From an uncultured Micavibrio sp. (GTDB lineage: Bacteria > Pseudomonadota > Alphaproteobacteria > Micavibrionales > UBA1664), in NCBI GenBank assembly GCA_964531715.1, contig CAZHEE010000001.1, positions 284,573 through 348,572 of the forward strand: a DNA stretch of 64,000 nt. Reading direction: 5' to 3'. Made by a program: the position numbers and the translations under genes. Positions 19,052 through 29,083 of the stretch are shown here, in pieces. The notes below the pieces were generated by a model. It worked only from the letters and a program-made list of their open reading frames with translations, was not told where the DNA came from and did not search any database. Positions within the stretch are counted from its first letter, which is position 1; each line of letters begins with the position of its first letter.

Positions 19052-19732
19052 ATGACCAATATCGTAAATTTTAAAAAGCCGAAAAAGGCAGATAGTGATA
19101 GCAGGCATAAAACGCCTTTTATTAATCTGCCTTTTGTTACGAAGTTATTGCTGATCATCATTATCGGCATCTATGCCTTGACAGGGTTTTTACTCCCCAA
19201 CGATGTTGTAGTCGATATCATTTTAAGCTATGGCTATATCCCTGCGCGGTTAATTGAACCGTCGCTTTTTCCCTTTGATCTCGGCACGATTTTCAGCCCA
19301 CTCACCTACATTTTTCTCCATGGTGGTCTGATGCATGTTATCATGAATAGTGCGATGTTAATGGCCTTCGGGTCGGGGGTTGAGCAATGGCTGGGGCGCA
19401 AAAAATTCCTGTTGTTTTTCTTTGGTTGCGGTGTTGCCGCAGTCGCGGTTGAAACACTCATCCATCCGACCTCTATCAACCCTGTCATAGGCGCATCAGG
19501 CGCGTTGAGCGGATTATTTGCGGCTATCCTCATCCTTATGCAACAACGCGGGCAATTGCCGACAAGGCGGTATGGTATCTGGCCATTCGCGCTTTTCTGG
19601 GTAGGGATATCCTTACTTTTCAGTATAGTGGGCGGCAGTATGGCCGGCGGGCAAATTGCATGGGCCGCGCATCTCGGTGGTTTTCTTGCAGGCTTTGGCC
19701 TTTTAAAATTAAAATATTTTAATATTATTTAA
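19052..19732 (+). CDS. Rhomboid family intramembrane serine protease
   Basis: HGGLMHVIMN and GASGALSGL motifs in a multi-TM ORF. The ATG at 19052 (MTNIVNF) is preferred over the GTG at 18980. Confidence 0.85.
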   Translation: MTNIVNFKKPKKADSDSRHKTPFINLPFVTKLLLIIIIGIYALTGFLLPNDVVVDIILSYGYIPARLIEPSLFPFDLGTIFSPLTYIFLHGGLMHVIMNSAMLMAFGSGVEQWLGRKKFLLFFFGCGVAAVAVETLIHPTSINPVIGASGALSGLFAAILILMQQRGQLPTRRYGIWPFALFWVGISLLFSIVGGSMAGGQIAWAAHLGGFLAGFGLLKLKYFNII

Positions 19733-19767
19733 TAGTAAAAAGTCACATTTTTATATATACATAACAA

Positions 19768-20187
19768 ATGCGAAGTGCTTTTTCTGCAGTTTTTATTGTA
19801 CCACTTGATTCAGGTAAACTTATTTTACCTCCACACCACAGTTCTGTTGTAAAAAAAATTGGCGTTAGTCATTTTACCCTTGTTGCATGCCCCTCCCGAT
19901 TATGGCTTGTTGTCACTCAAGATCCTGATAGGTTGGTTGAATCTGATAAAATCCCATTGAAGAATTGTTTTAAGGTTGCTACCAACACATTAATATTACC
20001 TAGTAGTTACTTGAAAAGCGCGGGGTTACTAAATGAAAAAAAAATTATTGTTAAAGGTAGAGGACGAACTTTAATTTTAACCAGTTTAGAACAACATGAA
20101 ATTGATAGAGTTCGATTACAAAAAAAGCTAGTAGAGCTACAAAATAAAAACCCAGTTATTCCTGTTTCTCGCTTGCTAACGTCATAG
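19768..20187 (+). CDS. Hypothetical protein, divergent MraZ/AbrB-like duplication (tentative)
   Basis: 139-aa ORF. Two internal half-repeats (VPLDSGKLILPPH... and KVATNTLILPSSYLKSAGL..IIVKGRGRTLIL) resemble the two MraZ half-domains, but they lack the DxxxR motifs. No dcw cluster is nearby. Confidence 0.3.
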   Translation: MRSAFSAVFIVPLDSGKLILPPHHSSVVKKIGVSHFTLVACPSRLWLVVTQDPDRLVESDKIPLKNCFKVATNTLILPSSYLKSAGLLNEKKIIVKGRGRTLILTSLEQHEIDRVRLQKKLVELQNKNPVIPVSRLLTS

Positions 20188-21192
20188 TGTTAACCCAAAT
20201 AAATCTTTCGGGTTTTCGGGAAGCGCGAGGAGGTCTAAATCCTCGGTGTAATCCGTTTCATTCGTCATGTCCTGCAACACACGCATGGCGGAGAAATCCT
20301 CAATCGCGAAACCAACAGAGTCAAAAATTGTAATCTGTCTATCATTGACGCGCCCTTGCTTTTCGCCTGTAAAAACCTGCCATAATTCAGTGATTGGATG
20401 GTCGGGCGAGAGTTGTTGAATCTCCCCTTCAATCATTGTCTGCTCGAGATATTCAACAAAAATATCCGCTTTCATGAGGATTGATTTTTCGAGCTCGGTC
20501 TTGCCAGGGCAATCGCCGCCAATCGCATTGATATGCACCCCCTGCCCCACCATATTTTCAGTGAGAATTTTCGCCTGTTTCTTATCCGCAGTACAGGTTG
20601 TGATTATCTCCGCGCCTTTGACAGCCTCATGCGTGTTACGGCATCGCGCGATTGTGAAGCCCTGCCCTTCTATGTTCGCCTCAAACTTATCCATGGCTTT
20701 CGGGTCATTATCAAATATTCGCAAATTTGTAAGGCCAAGCATGGCTTTAAAAGCATGCGCCTGAAATTCCGCCTGACAGCCTGTGCCGATCATCGCCATG
20801 GTCTGCGGATTCTCAGGCGCGAGATATTTAGCGGCAAGGGCGGACATCGCCGCCGTCCTGAGCGCCGTTAGAATTGTCATCTCGCATAGAAATTGAGGAT
20901 AGCCCGTTTCAACATCGGCCAGCATACCAAAACCTGTCACAGTTTGCTTACCTAACTCATGATTCAACGGATGACCGTTCACGTATTTAAAGCCGTATGT
21001 TTTGCCATCACTGGTAGGCATAAGCTCAATCACACCACGGTCGGAATGGCTGGCGATGCGTGGCTGTTTTTCAAACTCGTCCCAGCGTTTGAAGTCCTCT
21101 TCTATAGCGTTGGCAATTTTTATTATAATCGCCTCAATACCTCTTTCACGAATAAGGCGTATGATATTCTCGACCGATACAAATTGAACCAT
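20182..21192 (-). CDS. Ornithine cyclodeaminase/mu-crystallin family protein
   Basis: 336-aa ORF with the ELMPTSDGKTYGFKYVNGHP and EMTILTALRTAAMSALAAK pattern typical of bacterial ornithine cyclodeaminases. Confidence 0.85.
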   Translation of the reverse strand: MVQFVSVENIIRLIRERGIEAIIIKIANAIEEDFKRWDEFEKQPRIASHSDRGVIELMPTSDGKTYGFKYVNGHPLNHELGKQTVTGFGMLADVETGYPQFLCEMTILTALRTAAMSALAAKYLAPENPQTMAMIGTGCQAEFQAHAFKAMLGLTNLRIFDNDPKAMDKFEANIEGQGFTIARCRNTHEAVKGAEIITTCTADKKQAKILTENMVGQGVHINAIGGDCPGKTELEKSILMKADIFVEYLEQTMIEGEIQQLSPDHPITELWQVFTGEKQGRVNDRQITIFDSVGFAIEDFSAMRVLQDMTNETDYTEDLDLLALPENPKDLFGLTL

Positions 21193-21205
21193 GTATATAA
21201 GTGTA

Positions 21206-21240
21206 TATGAATTGAGTTAGAAACAAAAACTCAATTCATA
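21206..21240 (-). terminator. Hairpin downstream of the giant beta-helix gene
   Basis: tatgaattgagtt / aactcaattcata forms a 13-bp inverted repeat right after the stop at 21250. The U-tract is weak. Confidence 0.35.
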
Positions 21241-21249
21241 TGTGGTGAC

Positions 21250-24200
21250 TTATACAACAATAATATTATTCGTTTCAAATTGTATCAGTTCATCCAAAGA
21301 CGCAGTCTCACCTTTTATAAGATTAGAGCTGTTTTTCAATGTTGCAATATCGACAAAATTATTACCGGTTCCATTCTTATTGACCGATATAGTTGCATCA
21401 TTCCCATTACGCGAAATACTTACAAAATCTGAGATTTTATCGGCAAGCGGGTCAAAATCACTCAGTATCGTTTTAAAGTCCAGTCTGTCTTCTGATGCAT
21501 CGAAATCATGTATGGTCTCAACCACGCCAAGATCATCATCCATGAAAAATACATCGCTGTCACCGCTACCATAGATATCCGTCGATAACCCGACTAAAGA
21601 ACTATCATTAAATGCAATTGTTACAGATAGCTGATCCGTTTCATAATTATAAACAGTGTTAACCCCCGATACATTATCATTTCCAGCGATGTCAATTTGC
21701 CCAAAGCGACCGAGTAGATTATCAATATCGTTCACTAGGTCATACTGATAGATGCCATCTTCAAATGTTCCTTCTGAAAGATCAATTTTAAGTGTTGTGT
21801 TTGCTTGGCCCAAATCAACAATCGAGTTAACATTTGGCGCATCACCAAAATGCCCACTCTTGAACTCACGAATAGTCGAAACTTTTTCAGTATCGAGACT
21901 AAATTCGAGTGTCGCACCCTCTTTTAGCTCTAATACTGCATCTCCGCCATTTTGACCATCAAAACCGACTTTGGAACGTTTGAAACCAATTTTTATGTAA
22001 TCCTCACCGTCAACAACGAATTTACTGTCATCGGATGCCAATATAGTTTGAGAATTACCTGAAACGGTTAAACGATAATGACCATCAAATAAACCCGTGT
22101 TTGCAAAACGACCGCCGGTCACTGTTATATCCAGTAAATCATCATCTGAAAATCCATTAACCCAGAATTGGCCAGAATCACGTACGGTTAATTCAGATCC
22201 TCGATCATGGGTTTCAAGATTATTCATGACTTCAAGATAGCCTTGACCAACGTCAAGCTTTCCGCCTTGACCGAAATCCAGGTTGGTCAGGTAATGCGTT
22301 CCGCCATAATTCACCCAGTTTCCATTGAGGTTAACGCTATCGCCGAAAATTGTTCCGGCAACATCACCTGTAGACCAGTTTTCCTTGTTATCCCAACGGA
22401 TTCCACCCGCGCCCTGAAATGGAACAAAGGTAATATCTTGTGCTGAAAGGCGTTTAGAAATATCGAGTCCAACCGCTTCTTGAAAATAGTCTGCAATTTC
22501 TTGCGCACCCGGGATATCATCCCAGTTTTCTTTTCCTCTCGTTCTTAAAAATTCGAATAAATCTGTTAATTCTGCATCAGGATTATCCAAAATCATTTTG
22601 GTATAATTTTGAATGGTGATCTGGTCCAGATCTGCCGCAACCTCAGAATTTTTAATTGTATTATTATATTTAAACTCTGCTCCGTCTGGCCTTTTATCAA
22701 AGTCCCAATTATAAATTATTGTATTATCCAAAGGATGTTCAAACATTTTGTTGTTTGCCCTTACACCCGCCATATCTTTATTTTGAGCAATCTGAATCGG
22801 ATCATTCGGATCAAGACGATGCATGATAATATTATCAAGAACAATTGCTTCACCCAAATTAGATTGAAATCCGAAGGCTCTCGCACCAACATTTCCTTTA
22901 TAAAATGGTTTATGCGCTCCTTGTGTGACAATATTATCTGAAATGAAAGAATTATTCATTTGCAAGCGACCATCAGGATCGCGTGTTTGACTTTCTTTAC
23001 CACCAATTGTAAAAAATCCTGCATTTCCATCAATAAAAACATTATTTTCCATGTAGGCACCCGTCACACTCTTCACACCAAAAGATGATGGGCGGGTTGT
23101 TACATTATCGCGGAATGTCAAATCTAAAGTATCGACTGAAAAATAGTATCCGTGACTGAAAATATCACCAGGATCATACTTTCCCGGATTTTCGAGAGCT
23201 TCCACTTGCCATCCGCTTAAATCATTATAATTATGCTCATATAAAAATCCCTCTGAATCTCTTGTAAATGCCCCGGATTTTCTAAAACCCGATTTCGAAG
23301 TATATTCAGCACTAGGTGGAATCACTTTATGCACATCAAGAATTGAAGACATTCTAAAGGTTTGATTTTCAACTCCATTTTTATTACTTATTGTACCGTA
23401 GGATGTTATATTCTCCATAATAATATTATCAAAATTTCCAGTAAAGCTAACCCCGTTATTTAATGTTAAACCTTCAATAACAACATTAAGGTCATTATCT
23501 TCATATGGTTTTCGACCAGTTCCAGTCATAATTCTTCCGCCCATGATTGGATCTGCTCCGTCACCATAAGAACTGATATAAATTGGATTAATATCAGACT
23601 CACCACGCATAACATGAAAATATAAATTCATATCTTCATATTCATAGCCTTTTTCAAACAAAACCCAGTTTGAATTTTTTTCGTTTACTGAATAAGACCA
23701 CAAAATATTTGCCATTTCTTCACTAAATTCATAGCCTTCTTTGTAATATGTATCTTCAATACGAGCTATATTATCACGATAATAACGATGTCCGAGTGTT
23801 TCAACATCAACCCCTTCCAGCTTTGCAAAATCTTCTAATGTCAAACCATGACTACCGCCCGTAACATGAAGTTTATGATGATTTTCACCAGTTTCGATTA
23901 CATAACGACTATTAGCATCTTCTTGTAATGTATAGTGGTCTCCCCGCCCAAAATTATAAAGAAAATCGGATTTTTCAAATGTAACATTAACTTTTTCAGT
24001 TGATACAGAGCCATCTTTATTCTTTATAACAACATCAATATCATGGCTACCATCATATTGTGAATCGTATGATACTATGCTGATGGTGCCATCGGGATCT
24101 ACAGTTACATTCGCAGTCGTCATGTCGTGATTAACTTGAATGTCATCAACCAAGCTCATATCAAGACCGCCTTCAACCAATTTTATTTTACTAGTGCCTG

Positions 24201-25017
24201 CTGCAGAAATAAAATTACCATCAGGATCGATAATTTCCGGTTCTAAATACTGATTTCCTCTTAGATGTTCAGGCAGGCCAATTTCTTTCTTCTGCGCCTC
24301 TGTCAAGCCTGATAAGAATTCTGCTCGATCGTTTGGATCATACGTATCCTCCGTTGTAGGTGGCGGCGACGGGGTTGGCGTTAACGGCCCTGCTACAGGT
24401 GGTACAGGAACTGTCACTGGCGGTTGTGTGGGTTCTTCAACAGTCGGCGGCGTAGGTTCAGTCACTGGACCTGAAGAAGGTGGCGTTACTGGTTTGGATA
24501 TGGGAAGATTAACAGACTGTGTCGGCTCTGACAAAGTTGGATTTTCTGTTTCGCCTGAATTCATCGAAGGATCTTTTACCCCTTCTTTTGATTGTGGGCT
24601 ATCTTGATTTTCTAAAGCTGCGAATGTGGCTTGGTTTATCAACAAGTTTGTTTGTACTAATACTTCTGTTTTTTCATTATCTTGTGCTTCAATAAAAGAG
24701 AGTTGATCTCCTAAAGTGTTATCAAATTGAGGCTCAACATCCACAAATTGATAATTACTTCTGTTAACATCCTGATTATTTTTGTTATCTAAATTATCAT
24801 CAGATGATTGATTATACGAACCATTTTCACCGGCAGCAGTCTCAATTTTACTATAATAATAAGTAATAAATTCATCTAAAGATAATTCCATCATCGCTTG
24901 AAGCATTTCAGGATCAAGATCCTCAAATGATATACCCAGCTCTTCAAGCATTTTAATCAAGTCTTCATTGATTTCTTTTATATGATTTGGATTTGTAGTT
25001 TTTAATTGATTTGACAT
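21250..25017 (-). CDS. Giant secreted protein with a right-handed beta-helix (pectate-lyase-like) core, a Pro-rich linker and a type I secretion target-like C-terminus
   Basis: 1255-aa ORF. It has a Pro/Thr-rich linker (PISKPVTPPSSGPVTEPTPPTVEEPTQPP...) and repeated N-x-x-I/V-x-x-N beta-helix-like turns (ENNVFIDGNAGF, ISDNIVTQG, LDNIIMH). The acidic C-terminal segment (DRLDFKTILSDFDPLADKISDFVSISRNGNDATISVNKNGTG) resembles T1SS C-terminal target domains. The region is AT-rich. Confidence 0.6.
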   Translation of the reverse strand: MSNQLKTTNPNHIKEINEDLIKMLEELGISFEDLDPEMLQAMMELSLDEFITYYYSKIETAAGENGSYNQSSDDNLDNKNNQDVNRSNYQFVDVEPQFDNTLGDQLSFIEAQDNEKTEVLVQTNLLINQATFAALENQDSPQSKEGVKDPSMNSGETENPTLSEPTQSVNLPISKPVTPPSSGPVTEPTPPTVEEPTQPPVTVPVPPVAGPLTPTPSPPPTTEDTYDPNDRAEFLSGLTEAQKKEIGLPEHLRGNQYLEPEIIDPDGNFISAAGTSKIKLVEGGLDMSLVDDIQVNHDMTTANVTVDPDGTISIVSYDSQYDGSHDIDVVIKNKDGSVSTEKVNVTFEKSDFLYNFGRGDHYTLQEDANSRYVIETGENHHKLHVTGGSHGLTLEDFAKLEGVDVETLGHRYYRDNIARIEDTYYKEGYEFSEEMANILWSYSVNEKNSNWVLFEKGYEYEDMNLYFHVMRGESDINPIYISSYGDGADPIMGGRIMTGTGRKPYEDNDLNVVIEGLTLNNGVSFTGNFDNIIMENITSYGTISNKNGVENQTFRMSSILDVHKVIPPSAEYTSKSGFRKSGAFTRDSEGFLYEHNYNDLSGWQVEALENPGKYDPGDIFSHGYYFSVDTLDLTFRDNVTTRPSSFGVKSVTGAYMENNVFIDGNAGFFTIGGKESQTRDPDGRLQMNNSFISDNIVTQGAHKPFYKGNVGARAFGFQSNLGEAIVLDNIIMHRLDPNDPIQIAQNKDMAGVRANNKMFEHPLDNTIIYNWDFDKRPDGAEFKYNNTIKNSEVAADLDQITIQNYTKMILDNPDAELTDLFEFLRTRGKENWDDIPGAQEIADYFQEAVGLDISKRLSAQDITFVPFQGAGGIRWDNKENWSTGDVAGTIFGDSVNLNGNWVNYGGTHYLTNLDFGQGGKLDVGQGYLEVMNNLETHDRGSELTVRDSGQFWVNGFSDDDLLDITVTGGRFANTGLFDGHYRLTVSGNSQTILASDDSKFVVDGEDYIKIGFKRSKVGFDGQNGGDAVLELKEGATLEFSLDTEKVSTIREFKSGHFGDAPNVNSIVDLGQANTTLKIDLSEGTFEDGIYQYDLVNDIDNLLGRFGQIDIAGNDNVSGVNTVYNYETDQLSVTIAFNDSSLVGLSTDIYGSGDSDVFFMDDDLGVVETIHDFDASEDRLDFKTILSDFDPLADKISDFVSISRNGNDATISVNKNGTGNNFVDIATLKNSSNLIKGETASLDELIQFETNNIIVV

Positions 25018-25381
25018 TTAAACCCTTCATTATTTTATTTTCTAAACAATTAGAAAAAAATTTATATTAAATTGTAATTATTTATTATACATATGAAAAA
25101 TATAATAACAAGTTAATATTTATAAATTCCATTATTAGTTATACTGTTAAAGATATTCTAAAAGCATTATTACGCTATATAAAAATTGGCATAATACTGA
25201 ATCTTACTTAAAATGTATAGCTTAAAAAAAAACGCTAAACCATATACAGATTACAAAATTGATAATAAGCCAAGATTTTAATTAGTTTTAATCTATAAAA
25301 AATTTTCATATAAATTAAACCCGCATTAATCTATTTATGTGAAAATAATAAAGTAAGATTAAAAAAAATAAGGAAAAACTT

Positions 25382-28300
25382 ATGTCATTAAAATTTAGCT
25401 CTAGCTTAAAATCTTTTGTCGAAAAAGAGGTTTTCACTATAGAAAATCCAAACGCAGGGTCGATTAAAAAAAACAAACAGATTAATACCGGTTCGTCTTA
25501 TGATAAAAAGACTATGCTGGTAGACTTTAAAAGCGGCAATAATATAGAAGACTTGCAGGTTTTATACGAGCAAGGCGGCAGCAGACGCGGATTTAATATG
25601 TATATCAAAGATGGTAAATTGACTATGTCAGTTTGGAATTTTGATAAAAATGGTTTTGGTTTGAAAACAATTTCGCAAAAAATTAAACCCGACACTGATT
25701 ATACTTCAACGCTGGTATTTGACGGAAAAAATAATGATAGGGGTACCTTTACCGGCTATTTAAACGGCGAAAGCATTGGAGTTGAAAAGGGTGTCGGTTT
25801 TCTTCCTCGACATTCAGGAGGTATTGGGGTTTCAGAGATAAATGGTATTACTATTATTGATGGGAAAAAAGTTAAACAGGCTGAAGAATTTAGTGGAAAA
25901 ATTAATAAAATTGCTCAACATAATGATGCATTAAATAAAAAAGATTTAGATGCATATGAAGCGTCTCTAAAGACTGATTTACCTTTTAATGAGGGTTCAA
26001 ATCTTATCCAGGAAAATCAAAAACAAGAAGAAATTCAAAATTCGAAAAGCAAGCCTAAAGCAGTAAAAGATAATATTACAGTTGATGAAAATTCGAGCGT
26101 AACATTTAACCCTCTTAATAATGACATTAATGGCGGATCTTTACGCATAATATCTGTTCAAAACCCTCGAAACGGTAAAGTGGAAATTAATCCGGATGGT
26201 ACTTTAACTTTCACACCGGATGCAGGTTTTGTCGGTGTCAGAAGATTTAATTATACAGTTCAAAATGAGGATGGCTCAACAGACACAGCCAGAATTATTG
26301 TAAATGTCTCTGAGTCCAATGATGCACCGACCATGAGTTCCAGAAATTTTGAGATTAATGAAAATGCGGCAATAGGGAGCAAGGTTGGCAAAATTAGGGC
26401 AACGGATGAAGATGGTGACCCAATCACTTTTAAAATACTAAATCCTGACAGCAAATTTACTATTAATAAAAAAGGTGTTATTTCAATCAAAGATAATCTT
26501 GATTATGAAAGTACTTCTGAGCATGTCATTACCATAGAGGCCTCAGACGGCACTGCGGTAAGCACTAAAGATTTTGTCATCAAAGTCAACGATGTTGTCG
26601 AGGAGGCAACTTTTGCTACGAATGACATGATGCTTCCGGGCAGGCAAAAAAGCTTCACCGGGGAGGGTGTGAAAGTCGCTGTCATTGATGACGGTTTTGA
26701 TATGAACCACAAAGATTTAAAGGATGATTATGATAATACTTTAGATTATGACTGGGCAGATAAGGATAATAATCCTGTTTTTCAAAAAAGTAATTATCAT
26801 GGAACTGCGGTTATGGGGATTATTGGCGCAGATGATAACGGTTTTGGCATAACCGGTGTCGCCCATAATGCAACATTAGCCGGGTTACGTAATCAATATG
26901 GGGGCAAAAATAGTGTTAAGATACTTCAAAATGCTTTAATGGACGGAGCACGATTTGACGTAGTCAATGGTTCTTGGGGATATTCACCTTTTTACGATAA
27001 TTTTGATGAACCTGAAAATAAAGGATTTGAAAATGCTTTAAATTATAACGTAAAATTTGGGCGCGATGGTTTAGGAACAAATATTGTTCTTGCTGCTGGA
27101 AATTCACAAGCTACAGGTAACGTAAATTATACTAACTTACAAAATGCTATTGAAACAATTGCTGTAGGTGCAATAGACATTAAAACTTTAAAGGCCGCCA
27201 ATACTACGACACCAGGCGCCGCCGTATTGGTTTCTGCAAAAGGCGTCAATTATGAAACGACAGATATAACAGGTTCCGAAGGTTATTCTAAAACTGATTA
27301 TATTAGCGCAAGCGGAACATCGTTTTCTGCCCCTCATGTTAGTGGTGTTGTAGCGTTAATGCTAGAAGCAAATCCCAATTTAGGATGGAGGGATGTGCAG
27401 GAGATTTTAGCTTTAACAGCTGTCAAAATCGATGATACTTCGCATAGAATAAAGACTTCCTCGTGGCAGGAAAATGGTGCAACCAATGCAAATGGCGGAG
27501 GCATGTGGACAAGTAATGTAGTAGGTTTTGGTCTAGTTGATGACCATGCGGCAGTCCGTTTGGCAGAAACATGGAATTTGCAACAAACAAGCTCGAATAT
27601 GATTGAAAATTTTTATGATGAAAATGTAAATAAAGCCATTCCTGATCCTGGTACCCTCTCCTCAAAAATAATTGTCACAGATGATATGGATATGGAGCAA
27701 GTTGAAGTTCGGGTTGATTTAGATCATACCTCGGTCGGCGATTTAAGAATCTATTTAATAAGTCCGCAAGGTACTGAAAGTATTTTATATACTGGCGGGA
27801 GCGCGCGGCATATCGCGAATAATAATCCTGCAGTCCAGTCAACATATAAAAATGATTATTTAGATTTTAAGTTTACTTCTAATGAATTTTGGGGGGAAAG
27901 CTCGGTAGGGACGTGGACTCTTCGTGTAGAAGACTTAACTAAAAATCCGAAATGGGATGGAAATGTCTTTGAAAATGGAACCGGTGTTTTTAATAATTGG
28001 TCATTAAATCTTATCGGCAATAATGCGTCTGATGATGATGTTTACGTATATACGGATAGCTTTGCTGAACTTGGGTTCTCTAAATCTCGCAGAATACTTA
28101 AAGACACAGAGGGAGATGATACAATTAATGCATCGGGCGTTAGTGATAAAGTTTCAGTACATTTAGATAGCCATATGAAAATTTCTGGTCATCACATTAA
28201 TATCGTTAGTGGAACTGAAATTGAAAACGTAGTGACAGGTGATGGAAATGATCTGATCACAGGAAGTGATGCGGGTAATTCACTTATATCTGGGCGCGGT

Positions 28301-28885
28301 AATGACAAGATTAATGGCGGAGCGGGCAATGATTTCATAGTTGGCGGGGCAGGCAATGACATTATTGACGGCGGGGATGGTATAGATACATCTTTTTATC
28401 AAGGTTTATTTGAAGATTTTACCTTTCAGATCATTGATATAGGTAATAAAGTTGTTAATGTTATTAATGATATCTATAATGAAGTCGATGAGCTGACAAA
28501 TGTTGAATGGTTTAGTTTTTCTGATTTTACCTTATCTTTCAGCGAGCTAGGCGATAGTGACCCAGATTTGATACCAACAAATAAATTTGAGGGTTTTACA
28601 CCACAAATTTCTACTGAAGAATTAAAAGAAGGTTTAGAATCCAAAGTTCTGAAAGGGGAAAGTGCTTCACTGAAGGAATATATCAATATTAATGAGCTAT
28701 TATATAATAATGATGATGATCTAGATGCAACTATTTTGAACGCATTTTTAGATAACTCAGAACAAGGTATTTCATCAAATAAATTTTCAGATAAATCTGG
28801 CGAGTTGTATGCGAGCGGACATGATTTAGTGTCAAATGACCTCTCGAATCTTCTTTTAGATACAGAAATAAGCACGCTTTTGTAA
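25382..28885 (+). CDS. Multidomain secreted S8 (kexin/furin-like) serine protease with LamG-like, cadherin-like, P-domain and RTX modules
   Basis: 1167-aa ORF. The S8 catalytic triad contexts are present (VAVIDDGFD, HGTAVMGIIG, SGTSFSAPHVSG). The segment DLDHTSVGDLRIYLISPQGTE...GTWTLRVEDL matches proprotein-convertase P-domains. Cadherin-type repeats are present (ATDEDGDPITF..LDYES..VNDV). The nonapeptide run GNDKINGGAGNDFIVGGAGNDIIDGGDGID is RTX-type. Confidence 0.75.
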   Translation: MSLKFSSSLKSFVEKEVFTIENPNAGSIKKNKQINTGSSYDKKTMLVDFKSGNNIEDLQVLYEQGGSRRGFNMYIKDGKLTMSVWNFDKNGFGLKTISQKIKPDTDYTSTLVFDGKNNDRGTFTGYLNGESIGVEKGVGFLPRHSGGIGVSEINGITIIDGKKVKQAEEFSGKINKIAQHNDALNKKDLDAYEASLKTDLPFNEGSNLIQENQKQEEIQNSKSKPKAVKDNITVDENSSVTFNPLNNDINGGSLRIISVQNPRNGKVEINPDGTLTFTPDAGFVGVRRFNYTVQNEDGSTDTARIIVNVSESNDAPTMSSRNFEINENAAIGSKVGKIRATDEDGDPITFKILNPDSKFTINKKGVISIKDNLDYESTSEHVITIEASDGTAVSTKDFVIKVNDVVEEATFATNDMMLPGRQKSFTGEGVKVAVIDDGFDMNHKDLKDDYDNTLDYDWADKDNNPVFQKSNYHGTAVMGIIGADDNGFGITGVAHNATLAGLRNQYGGKNSVKILQNALMDGARFDVVNGSWGYSPFYDNFDEPENKGFENALNYNVKFGRDGLGTNIVLAAGNSQATGNVNYTNLQNAIETIAVGAIDIKTLKAANTTTPGAAVLVSAKGVNYETTDITGSEGYSKTDYISASGTSFSAPHVSGVVALMLEANPNLGWRDVQEILALTAVKIDDTSHRIKTSSWQENGATNANGGGMWTSNVVGFGLVDDHAAVRLAETWNLQQTSSNMIENFYDENVNKAIPDPGTLSSKIIVTDDMDMEQVEVRVDLDHTSVGDLRIYLISPQGTESILYTGGSARHIANNNPAVQSTYKNDYLDFKFTSNEFWGESSVGTWTLRVEDLTKNPKWDGNVFENGTGVFNNWSLNLIGNNASDDDVYVYTDSFAELGFSKSRRILKDTEGDDTINASGVSDKVSVHLDSHMKISGHHINIVSGTEIENVVTGDGNDLITGSDAGNSLISGRGNDKINGGAGNDFIVGGAGNDIIDGGDGIDTSFYQGLFEDFTFQIIDIGNKVVNVINDIYNEVDELTNVEWFSFSDFTLSFSELGDSDPDLIPTNKFEGFTPQISTEELKEGLESKVLKGESASLKEYININELLYNNDDDLDATILNAFLDNSEQGISSNKFSDKSGELYASGHDLVSNDLSNLLLDTEISTLL

Positions 28886-28938
28886 ACATATTAAGGATAT
28901 TTATCTTTATATTATGTTATAGATTATACAGTAAACAT

Positions 28939-28958
28939 CCACGGGCTAAGGTCCGTGG
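28939..28958 (+). terminator. Hairpin downstream of the S8 protease gene
   Basis: ccacgg-gctaaggt-ccgtgg lies about 50 nt after the stop. The T-tract is weak. Confidence 0.3.
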
Positions 28959-29083
28959 TGTCTACTTTGTTTCACGCGCTTTTATACTACTTTTTTTCTT
29001 TGGTTTTTTTTATAGTGCTCTATAATACTTTCATTGATGCTAAAATACGCTGACAAGTAACTTATTATAAATAATAACTCACT

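Noticed and set aside
24340-24520. Considered whether the Pro/Thr-rich coding stretch of the giant beta-helix protein is a tandem DNA repeat
   Set aside because: The nucleotide sequence is compositionally biased, but I could not find exact or near-exact tandem units. It is treated as a low-complexity linker.
28939-28958. Considered whether the hairpin ccacgg...ccgtgg is a tRNA or att fragment
   Set aside because: It has only a 6-bp stem and no flanking tRNA-like arms. It is kept only as a weak terminator candidate.
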